From Ginkgo biloba (Eukaryota; Plantae; Ginkgophyta): DNA of 24,307 nucleotides. Location of the stretch: assembly GCA_024626585.2 (NCBI GenBank), contig JANKJI020000002.1, positions 53,254,419 to 53,278,725 on the forward strand, read 5' to 3'. The stretch's first letter is position 1. Every line of letters starts with the position of its first letter. Made by a program: the position numbers and the translations under genes. Shown here piece by piece: positions 9,201 to 19,743 of this stretch. Below the pieces are notes generated by a model, which was not told where the DNA came from, did no database searches, and saw only the letters and a program-made list of their open reading frames with translations.

Positions 9201-12200
9201 GATTAACTTATTGTCCTTTCTCATGTTTACTATGCATTACCAATTTCATTGTGACCACTTTCATAGCATATAACTGAATTGATGGCATTCCATGACTTTC
9301 CTATGGTTAATCTCACATGGTCTCCAACATCATAGAAATATTCCTTTTATACAAAGGTAAAAGGGAAGGATCTTCCATTATTTGCAATATCATAGCACCT
9401 TCATCCTTTATCCACTCATGGATAGGAAAGGGGGTTTCCGTCATGAATATCATCATGAGATCTATGCCTTAACATGATAAGAGAGAGTATTNNNNNNNNN
9501 NNNNNNNNNNNNNNNNNNNNNNNNNNNNNNNNNNNNNNNNNNNNNNNNNNNNNNNNNNNNNNNNNNNNNNNNNNNNNNNNNNNNNNNNNNNTGTTATGGA
9601 TTTATTGGGGGACCACAATTTTGGTAGTAAGTCGAAGCCAAAACTACATAAAAATTATTGAGAATGACATAGGTGAAGAGATAAAAGATCTAGAAATCAT
9701 TAGATGTAATTCTCTTTAAGCTTTACTAAAATTCAAAGACCTCTGCCTTGACTAGCATTATTCGCACATGGAAGGCCAACTCTTCCATTGCAATAACTAT
9801 AATAGGCACCATATTCTCTTATCCCATCATTTTTTAAACAACTTCTAGTAGAAATGAAATGATCACGAGTAACTCTAGTGTCACAAGAGGGATTTTATTC
9901 CTTGACATACATTGGACGCCTGCTAAAATCCACATTGAGGGATGCCTAGTCTCTTGCATCCCAATGGTAAAATCCATGAATCTTAATCACCAACTATACT
10001 TCTCAAGTTGCCATTGCGATAGGGTCTTCTGAATTCTAGCATCTTATCTCTCCTTACAAATGATTCACCATTGGCATCACTAAAGAATTCATATCAAGGT
10101 AGCTGCCACATGGTCTTGTCTAGAGAAGATATTGCAAGAATACCATCTTGCTTCAATATCCACAACAATTATGGCCTCTATCTAAATAATAGTTTGGATG
10201 GCCATATGGAGAGACCCCAAAATTTTGGAGAAGAAATAGAATCATGTGTGTACCTTGTCATGACAACCAAATATTCCTACTCATACTATCAAAAAGACTA
10301 ATCCAAATGTTTCGTAATGTATGGTAGGATTGATCCTGTGATTTAAGAGTTGATTTGAAAGGTTTAAACTCTCAATAAACCTAGAAGCTTAGGTATGAAA
10401 ATGATACCATCTTTCAACCTTGTACCATAGGTAGTCTTGTTAGCATATTTGCCTTCTACAAGGATCAAGTATATCTTAGCAATTATGGTTCCTCTTTCTA
10501 TCAAAATTTTGTCTATTACGTTTTGCCTTGTAAAACCCACAATCTCTCTCCACATGCCAGAATTAGCAGTGGTGGTGCTCAACCAAACCAATCACAGTTA
10601 TCAACCTCAACATATCGAATATAAGTTGGCATCTCCTCAATGCCCAATTGGTTCCTCACAATGCTTCCTTCTAGTCCCAAACTTGATAATTGTGCCCTAA
10701 TATTAATATACTTTGAATTTTTCCCACTAAATATAATACGAAAGCATGTTAGCTATTCAACTATTAAAGTTTATGTAAAATAAAGGTATCAAGTTTTTCT
10801 GAACAACATTGAAGAAAATATGTTGATTTCCTATCTAAAACTTTGCGCCAAGTATCCCCCACCTTCTAAGGTACAACGCTTGGAAACATTTCCATACATT
10901 TTTCATTTTACTTAAACAACCTTTCATAAGCAACCATGAAGACTATTAATACATATGATGTATTATTTCCTATTTGAAAATCATCTCCAAATATTTCTTT
11001 CTTCTCTCTTATCTTTCAAGTGCCCTTTTTTTGTTTCAATTTGAAGTATTGCAATTATGAATATGTGATTACAAATTTGAATGTTCAATGTAAATTTAGT
11101 AGTTTACTATCATCCTTTATTCATCCACTAATAAAGGAGGAGTAAAATATCCAATAGTATTTAGATTCTTTGAAGGAAAAAATTAATAAATAAGATGGGT
11201 TATTAGAGTCTAACCAAGTATTTATAAATAAAAAATTATGAACAAATAAATAAAACTAGTGTTAGCATGAAATTAGGATGGGATAATCCCCCTAATTTAA
11301 TTTTTTATCCATATGAAGAATAAGGTTGGAGAAGGATGAAGAAATTAGAAATTTATTGAAATTGCATGTAATAATTTTTGTTGAAGAAGAAACTAAAAAT
11401 ATTGAACATGAGATGGAACAAAAAATAATCCCTATTAAAGATCATAAATGTTGTGTTGTTGGTAATATTATACTGATAATACTAACAATAGTAAGAATAA
11501 CCAAAGGTAGTCCTTAAAGATGCCTAAATACTAATATAACCCAGAGAAANNNNNNNNNNNNNNNNNNNNNNNNNNNNNNNNNNNNNNNNNNNNNNNNNNN
11601 NNNNNNNNNNNNNNNNNNNNNNNNNNNNNNNNNNNNNNNNNNNNNNNNNNNNNNNNNNNNNNNNNNNNNNNNNNNNNNNNNNNNNNNNNNNNNNNNNNNN
11701 NNNNNNNNNNNNNNNNNNNNNNNNNNNNNNNNNNNNNNNNNNNNNNNNNNNNNNNNNNNNNNNNNNNNNNNNNNNNNNNNNNNNNNNNNNNNNNNNNNNN
11801 NNNNNNNNNNNNNNNNNNNNNNNNNNNNNNNNNNNNNNNNNNNNNNNNNNNNNNNNNNNNNNNNNNNNNNNNNNNNNNNNNNNNNNNNNNNNNNNNNNNN
11901 NNNNNNNNNNNNNNNNNNNNNNNNNNNNNNNNNNNNNNNNNNNNNNNNNNNNNNNNNNNNNNNNNNNNNNNNNNNNNNNNNNNNNNNNNNNNNNNNNNNN
12001 NNNNNNNNNNNNNNNNNNNNNNNNNNNNNNNNNNNNNNNNNNNNNNNNNNNNNNNNNNNNNNNNNNNNNNNNNNNNNNNNNNNNNNNNNNNNNNNNNNNN
12101 NNNNNNNNNNNNNNNNNNNNNNNNNNNNNNNNNNNNNNNNNNNNNNNNNNNNNNNNNNNNNNNNNNNNNNNNNNNNNNNNNNNNNNNNNNNNNNNNNNNN

Positions 12201-12446
12201 NNNNNNNNNNNNNNNNNNNNNNNNNNNNNNNNNNNNNNNNNNNNNNNNNNNNNNNNNNNNNNNNNNNNNNNNNNNNNNNNNNNNNNNNNNNNNNNNNNNN
12301 NNNNNNNNNNNNNNNNNNNNNNNNNNNNNNNNNNNNNNNNNNNNNNNNNNNNNNNNNNNNNNNNNNNNNNNNNNNNNNNNNNNNNNNNNNNNNNNNNNNN
12401 NNNNNNNNNNNNNNNNNNNNNNNNNNNNNNNNNNNNNNNNNNNNNN

Positions 12447-12498
<52 letters not shown>
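12447..12498. repeat. Compound microsatellite (TC)15(AC)11, truncated by gap
   Basis: Read directly; abuts the gap 11550-12446. Confidence 0.98.
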
Positions 12499-12795
12499 GC
12501 ATACTTTCTATCTATTGAGAAAAAAGAAGAGGAGAAAGGTATGCAACTAAATATCAAATGTCACCCAAACCCTACACTTTTGCACATTCATTTTCAACAA
12601 AGATAGTGGGCTAAGTTACCAATGAAAAACTATGACGACAAGGATGGCATGCATACAATACTTTTTCAAAACTCCTTGACTACGGATATGGAGGTTGGAG
12701 TTTTAAACATGTACAAGTATTGGAAATATAGAATTGTTCACGTCATCAAAATAATAAAATTTTAGAACCTCAAAATAATGAGCAATGAGCATAGA

Positions 12796-12942
12796 GGTAG
12801 TCAAATCACTCATAATGCTATTAACATTTAGAATCCAAAATCCATCACTCAACAATATCTAGGTAGTAGTCCAATAAGTCATAATCTATTAATATATAGA
12901 AGCCAAAATGAAGTCACATGAATGTAGTCACTCAACAATATC
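12796..12942 (+). repeat. Degenerate short tandem duplication (~70-83 bp unit)
   Basis: GGTAGTCAAATCACTCATAATGCTATTAACATTTAGAATCCAAAAT (12796-12841) vs AGTAGTCCAATAAGTCATAATCTATTAATATATAGAAGCCAAAAT (12865-12909). Exact TCACTCAACAATATC occurs at 12845 and 12928. Confidence 0.75.
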
Positions 12943-15433
12943 ATAACTTTATATCTACTAACTTCCTAGATCCATCTATTGACTTCCATCAACATCAAAG
13001 TATGTTCAATTATGTTCTTGTGCGACAAATGGAATTCTAACCTAGCATACAAATTGATGCATGGTTTTTTATAACCATGACATTCTCACTGGTTAGATAC
13101 CTCTTGCCTTAGGGGAGATTTTGTTTAATCACTCTTCCCCTAATTAGTGTTCCCCCCAAGGTATGGGAATGCTTTTGAGGCTAGGATCGAATAGTACAAG
13201 AGTCTTGCTATAAGAAAGGGAGTAAGGAACTTATTACTTGTAAACAAACAATTGCACCTAAGTAGTTCGATCAAAAGAAAGTTGTGAAGATCCGTTTAAA
13301 AAATTGGAGGGCAACATGTGTTTTATGTACAAGACATGTGAGTATGGGTTAATATAAGTTAAGTAGGGACCAAGCATTGGTTTAGGGTATGTTTTGGGGC
13401 TCTTTTAGGGTACTTTTTTGTTCTTTTTAGCTTTTTATCTTATGTTAAGGCAAAAAACAAAAACAAAAATATAGTCCGGTAGCCAAAACTTAATATGAGA
13501 CTTGAAAATGGATCCATGTTATCAATAATGAATTCGATACATGTGCATGCCCTAAAGGGTGTATTTGATAATTTAGAAATTCAGAGAAATGTGGGGACTT
13601 CCAAACATTCATATTAATGATATGTCACTATGGAAGATTCATGATAGAGGGCTATAAATTGTAATTGCACTAAAATATTATACAAATTCATAGTCTAAAA
13701 GAGCTCTTTCAATCACAAAAGAATAAAAACATGGAAAGGACATTCTCCAATGTGATAAGATGTGCCTCTTAGGCAAACCTCGTTTACATATATGTTTATT
13801 TGTCCAACATGATAATGGGTTTGCAATCTTGACCTTGACCTCAACCTTGAATAAGATCTCAATACCTAAGCTAGTGTCTAGCTAGATGACTAATTTGCTT
13901 TACCATTCCATACAAGTTAAGGTTCAAAAAGCCAATGCAACTACTGTTAATAGACACCCATATTAAACTTAAGCCTATCTTGTGAGAAAAGCTTTACAAA
14001 AGACTTATTATCCTAAAATTGTTTGTTATTAGGCAAATGATTCTTCCTTTAGTCATGCTCATTTTTGTACTAGGAAGCCATAAGAAGGCACCTTTAAGTC
14101 TCCACAAGGTCTCCACATTCTTATAATGAATGGTCCTTCTTAGTTTTAATGCCATTGTGCCTTTGGTTCGACTTTTTATTGGTTGTAATGAAATGGATTA
14201 GCAATTTATCATTTCATCCCCTCTCAAGAAACGATCTCCATTACATTTGATTTCACAAGATTTGATCCTTACTAGTGACTTGCTACAAACTATAAGGTGC
14301 TCTTGTTTTCTTGTTTTCATTGAATAGTATTAGGGCATAAGATGAATTAGTTTGCTTAATATGCCACCCTACCTAAACCAATGATCATATCAGTCCCTAA
14401 CTATGTGCTTATTCAAGGTGCCTACCAAGGTTTTTAGAACATTGATTTATGCAAAAGTGCCCAAGTATCTCAATCATCCTTTCACAATCCATATTGGTTC
14501 TTTTTGGTTGAAGAATACATCTCAATCATATGGGTAAGGACTTTGAAATAACACACAAAGGCCATTGTGATAACATCATCAATGAGAGCAGAAATCTTGG
14601 AAAATTTATCATACATCGTTTTATTACCGTGCATCCTACTTTGGTCATCCAACTTGGATCATAGGATTCTAGACGAGTTGTAGTTCACAACCCTTGGTTT
14701 TTTATTATTGGATGTTACAATTTGACTCATACAATTGAATATGAATGGCGATTCAATATGAACCATCCCATCAATTCTTTCATATGATTTTTACCAAGAC
14801 ATAGTCTCTTGTTTCATTTGTCTAGGATTAAACGAACATTAATGACAAAGGATTGGGTGTGTCACTACTTGGAGTTATTTTTGGGGTTGCATATATATGA
14901 TGCTGCAATGATGCATCTAATGTTTTTCACTGTGATTCATGGTGTAGTGCCCAACAAATTTCATATCAATGGCCATTTTCATTGCAATGTTAATGAAGTG
15001 ATTCTTTCTTATTTATTGGTTGTGGATTACATCCCTATTCCTTATATGGAGGTCCCAACATTTCATGCTTCCCTTGAATTTGATTTGAGTTGTTTCTCAC
15101 CTCTCATTTAAGTATATATATTTTCAGGTAGAGTAATGTCTATTAGCTCAAAATCACATTTGTAACTAGGAGAGAGTAAATGTTGACTAGCTTAGGATCA
15201 TGTTGGTAATCCAAGAGCGAACCCTTGATGTAGAAGAAACATAAAATTATTCTGATGTAAACCAAGATCTAACACCCTTCAATCAGCGATATATGAACCC
15301 CATAAAGCAGAAATTATGAAGCACGATGAGCAGNNNNNNNNNNNNNNNNNNNNNNNNNNNNNNNNNNNNNNNNNNNNNNNNNNNNNNNNNNNNNNNNNNN
15401 NNNNNNNNNNNNNNNNNNNNNNNNNNNNNNNNN

Positions 15434-15793
15434 TGTACTTAGATGATATTATTATTATTATCTATGCATAGGAGGAAAACCTTAATAATTTACAAATGGT
15501 CCTTCCAAAGTTCTAAGAGCATCATTTATAGGAAAACTTAAAAAAAATATATTTTTCCATGTGTAATTTCCTATTTAGGATATTTTATTGATGAAAGTGG
15601 ATTTCATATAAATCCCTATAAGTTTTATATCCTAAGAGATTATATAAAACCCACTAATATACATGAGAAATGAAAATTTCTTAGTTTGGAAAACTTCTTT
15701 AGGATGTTTGTGAGATATTTTTTTAGAGATTGCACCACCTTTAAATTTACTCACAAAGGTAAAATAGGCCTTCTCTTCAGATCAATAATAACA
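15434..15793 (+). pseudogene. Second Ty3/gypsy RT fragment (YLDD to connection domain), different family from 1256-3390
   Basis: YLDDIIII (from 15436) ..*EENLNNLQMVLPKF*EHHL*ENLKK; frameshift; YLGYFIDESGFHINPYKFYILRDYIKPTNIHEK*KFLSLENFFRMFV; frameshift; IAPPLNLLTK. This matches YLDDILIF..EEHL.HL..VL..L....LYANL.KC..YLGY.I...G...DP.KI..I.DWP.P....E.RSFLGLANFYRRFV..IA.PL..LTK. Confidence 0.92.
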
Positions 15794-17090
15794 TTGGCGG
15801 TACGTTGATGAAGCTCCTGAATAAGGCTATATAATTTCACTTTGTTTTTGTTATACATACTTGGATTTGTAGATTGAGCCACTAGAAATACATGCTATGC
15901 TAACCCTTTAAGCATGCAAGCTTCTGACCCTCAGACATGCAAAAAGATGTACATTTGTGATATGTTTTGCAAAGGTACAAAATGCATAAAAAAAGAAATT
16001 TTCCCTCTTGAAAATCACGGCATCTTAAAAACAACAGAGCAAATCAATTTTAAAAAAACAACATTTATTGATTAGAATTGAAGGATGCAAAAGCACAATA
16101 TCTTATGTTTTTTACTATAACAAAAGATTCATGGAGTGGCTACTAAATGAAGCCTCTTCCCAACTACTTTCCCCATGCAAAGTAGATTTTAGGCGTTAAT
16201 AAGGAGGTTGTGAGTCATGACGTGCAGGACTAGAACTACAATGTTGCAAACATAAAGTCACATCTGTTCAAGCCTAAATAGAATTATACATTTTGGGAAA
16301 GCCTAAGGGGTATCCATGGACACATGCAATTGCCATATGACCACTGTTAAGGGAATTAATCCATATCACCCATTGAGAAAGTCCTAACTATGCAACCAAG
16401 CCTAGTTATACAACTGAAGCACAAAGGAGAGTCACAAAAGGTCACAGATCAAAGATGATGAACAGTCACTATAAAGTGGAAAGCCACAAAACATAAAGAG
16501 TTAATATAATGTAAACAGTGAAAAGGTGAACAGCCATTGGAATCTAGAAAATCTAGGCTGTCACTGAAAGACAATAGCTTGTGAAAAGTGAATGGTCGTG
16601 GAAGGAGAAGAACTAAAGGTCAAGCAGACCATAGGTTGCCTATTTCTATATACCTCTAACTTAATAATTACAATGGATGCTCATGTCTGCCATTGTAGTT
16701 TGACAAATGCATCTTTGTGATATCTCTCTTTATTTAGGCAATGCAGTATGCCTAGACAAAGTGCAAGTGCAGTTTTGAACCAATACGTGCCTGAGTATTG
16801 AAGTCCATCATTTGCTGTTCTTTTTTCTGCCAAATGTAATCAGCAGTTTGATGTTTTGTTTTTGGCTAAGGTTTGATAAAAGCTTCATAGAGGGATCATG
16901 TTATTTGCATGGGGAGGTATTTGGTTGCTAAATGATTTGCGAGCATAAACTGCCTAAGAGTTGATGTTGAATGCTGTGTGCGGTTTGTTTATCAAGCTCT
17001 GCCTTTGTGCAGTTGTCGATATATAACATCTACCTCAAACATTAACAAACAGATGTTCATTATATTGACTAGGCAAGATTTGTATGCTTA

Positions 17091-17447
17091 TGTACATACC
17101 TTGGCTTTGAAGAGCATACTAATAGAGAAATTGGATTAGGTTCTAGGTTATATGAGATGGAAGGAGGAGAGAAATAATAGGTATTGGGAGAAGTGAAAGG
17201 AGAAATCCACTAAGGAATAATGAATTGAACTTGAGAGAAGAATTTAAGGAATTGGGTAAGCTAAGGAGAGAGAGATGGAAGAAGGAAATGAGCAGGGGCT
17301 CATTCATATATTTTAAGAAGGGGAGGATGATGTAGGATCATCTCCCATTTTGGAATTTTGGGCCACGTGAGAGTTGGTGATACCAATTTTGGTGAGTTAG
17401 AAGGTCTTTATGGATGAACGAGCAAAGGACCGTGGGTGAATGGCCTA
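17091..17447 (-). mobile_element. LTR-like fragment in reverse orientation
   Basis: On the minus strand, a TATA-like AAAATATAT is followed by a long pyrimidine-rich tract ending ...GGTATGTACA (17091). There is a sharp compositional boundary with the upstream DNA. Confidence 0.35.
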
Positions 17448-17822
17448 NNNNNNNNNNNNNNNNNNNNNNNNNNNNNNNNNNNNNNNNNNNNNNNNNNNNN
17501 NNNNNNNNNNNNNNNNNNNNNNNNNNNNNNNNNNNNNNNNNNNNNNNTCATAATACAAGTATAAACACAATTGTGGTATAATCAATAGACTCTCATTAAC
17601 AGCAATACGTATACAGTTGAACACTTTCTCTACATACCACATCAATACAAATACAACTATACAACATTTTTGCTCTTACATCTTTATCCTCAGAATGTTA
17701 CTCTTGAATACTGATGGAATGAAACAGTTGCGTAAAATTGTATTTGTTTCTATTCCTAACAAGTGCATCTTCATCATACACAATGACTAAATATATCACT
17801 TATCAATAATAGTTTTGCTTAC

Positions 17823-18943
17823 CTTTTTTCCTTTTTTTTGTTGTAACAAATGGTTCTATTAATTGTTAAATTGAAAAAATTACAAATATTGACAACAAAA
17901 AACAAGGAGAATCACACATCGTGACTGACCCTCAACAAGCCAACTAAGAAAACAAGAAGGTGGGTTAGCACTACCTACCACCATCGAAAGCCACAGGCAT
18001 GTCTGACCTAGAGATCAGCCAGAGATACCATAAGGTAAACATCAACACGAATCCTCAATGACACCTAAGCCCTAGGGGCAAGGAACTCCTCTTAGGGTCG
18101 GAAATCACGGTGCCAAAGCATAAGCAAACAATGATTCAAAGCCAAAACTAAGCCCTGCACCATAAGACCCTAACCTTCACACAAAGGGGCTAAACAAAAA
18201 TTCCTCAAACCTTAGAACAAAGCAAAAAAAAATGCCAAAAAATTTAGAGGGTTTAGGAAAGGCCTCTAAATCGTGTTCGTCTGCTCTCTGCCCNNNNNNN
18301 NNNNNNNNNNNNNNNNNNNNNNNNNNNNNNNNNNNNNNNNNNNNNNNNNNNCTAAAGCAAGAGCGAAGCTAGGGAGAAATAGAGGAAGCAAGCTCTACCA
18401 TTGCCTCAACCTACTACAACCATTGCACTAGCTGCAAACTCCATGACCCCCAGTGTGAATCGAAATCGGCCTACCGACCATCAAGGCCTTGAGACACCCT
18501 ATACTAAGAGAGGATACACTCATTTGGGTTTGAAAGAACCACACAACTACGAAGCACCAGGCCTTCCCCTCATAAACCAAATGGCACACGTAGGAACTGC
18601 CCTGCCCAATGAACTGTCATGGCCCCAAAACACGAACGTCTAGGAAAACACCTCAACCTGAAAAGGGATGCCTTCATCCAACCAAAACCTCCCACAAAAA
18701 AAGAGGGAGAAGAAAACCTTAGCTGTCATCTAGAAAACTCCATTGGCAAGCAGCTCCAAAGATGGAATCCTCCAATGCTTACACAATAGCCATGAAAGAG
18801 CGCTCGCTCATCCCTACATTCAACCGAATCTTTGTCGCCTCTGAACAAATGATTCAAACCCTATCAAGGTTTATAGCAAGAGTGACACTCCATTGTGGTG
18901 GAAGAGAGATGCCTTTCCTTCACCCATCTTCCCTCGTTAGTCC
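17823..18943 (-). mobile_element. Poly(A)-tailed non-LTR retroposed insertion (5'-truncated LINE 3' region, or non-autonomous retroposon) with 14-bp TSD
   Basis: Flanking direct repeats ATAGTTTTGCTTAC (17809-17822) and ATAGTTTTACTTAC (18944-18957) match at 13/14. The T-tract CTTTTTTCCTTTTTTTT (17823-17839) is a poly(A) on the minus strand. The interior is more GC- and CpG-rich than the AT-rich flanks. Contains a sized gap at 18294-18351. Confidence 0.8.
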
Positions 18944-19720
18944 ATAGTTTTACTTACTTGAAACTAGTGTTACCAATTGCAACTATGGTTATAAGTAAAG
19001 ATGATCATTGTGTTACTCGAACAATAGCTTTTAATCATTGCAATCAATTCATTATCTCCTATTGCAACTGATCTATTGTTTTCCCCAAAAACAATCGTTA
19101 CAATTTTTCTTATGATGGCCTTATACCTCCTTACAACTATCATATATTTACTCATAACCAACTTTGTTCTTTACAATAATTGCATTTAGATGATGGTTAC
19201 CATCTATAGTACTTTGCAAACAACTACAAGTTGTAATCAATTTATCCGTACACATCTCACACACATAATAGTTTTGAGTATGTTCACTCAAACATGATGT
19301 TAATAAAATTCACACTAGAAAAATAAATAACACGAACAACAAATCCTAGAGAATAAANNNNNNNNNNNNNNNNNNNNNNNNNNNNNNNNNNNNNNNNNNN
19401 NNNNNNNNNNNNNNNNNNNNNNNNNNNNNNNNNNNNNNNNNNNNNNNNNNNNNNNNNATTGTGGTTAGATACACTAATATAAAACATGTATATAAAATTT
19501 TATCTGCTAACTCTTTGTAATTTGTGAGTTATTATCTCTGTAATACAAGGAAAAAATTCAGACTATTTGGTGGAGTTGCCTTCACTTGCTTCTGTTTTTG
19601 GCACTTCAGGCACCACCCGAAACCACTAAGTGCACCTTCTCATCATAACCGCTAGCTATCTGACTGTTATAGCTTCCTAACTATTCAGCAACCATAGATA
19701 CAATCCCGATTGGAAGTACA

Positions 19721-19743
19721 ATATATATCTATATATATATATA
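19721..19743. repeat. Interrupted (AT)n microsatellite
   Basis: ATATATATCTATATATATATATA read directly. Confidence 0.9.

Noticed and set aside
14095-14150. Minus-strand N*EGPFII resembling the integrase C-terminal W.GP(F/Y) motif
   Set aside because: No flanking integrase motifs were found in the frames I read; an isolated short match.
14809-15111. 100-aa plus-strand ORF
   Set aside because: TTG start, no recognisable domain or splice structure; consistent with decayed TE interior.
17372-17392. Reverse-strand TGGTATCA resembling a tRNA-Met PBS (also at ~8875-8882)
   Set aside because: Only 8 nt match (no GAGC continuation) and no adjacent LTR-terminal CA.
18401-18947. Plus-strand ORFs 18401-18643 and 18762-18947
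   Set aside because: They are antisense to the poly(A)-defined orientation of the insertion, short, and without domain motifs.
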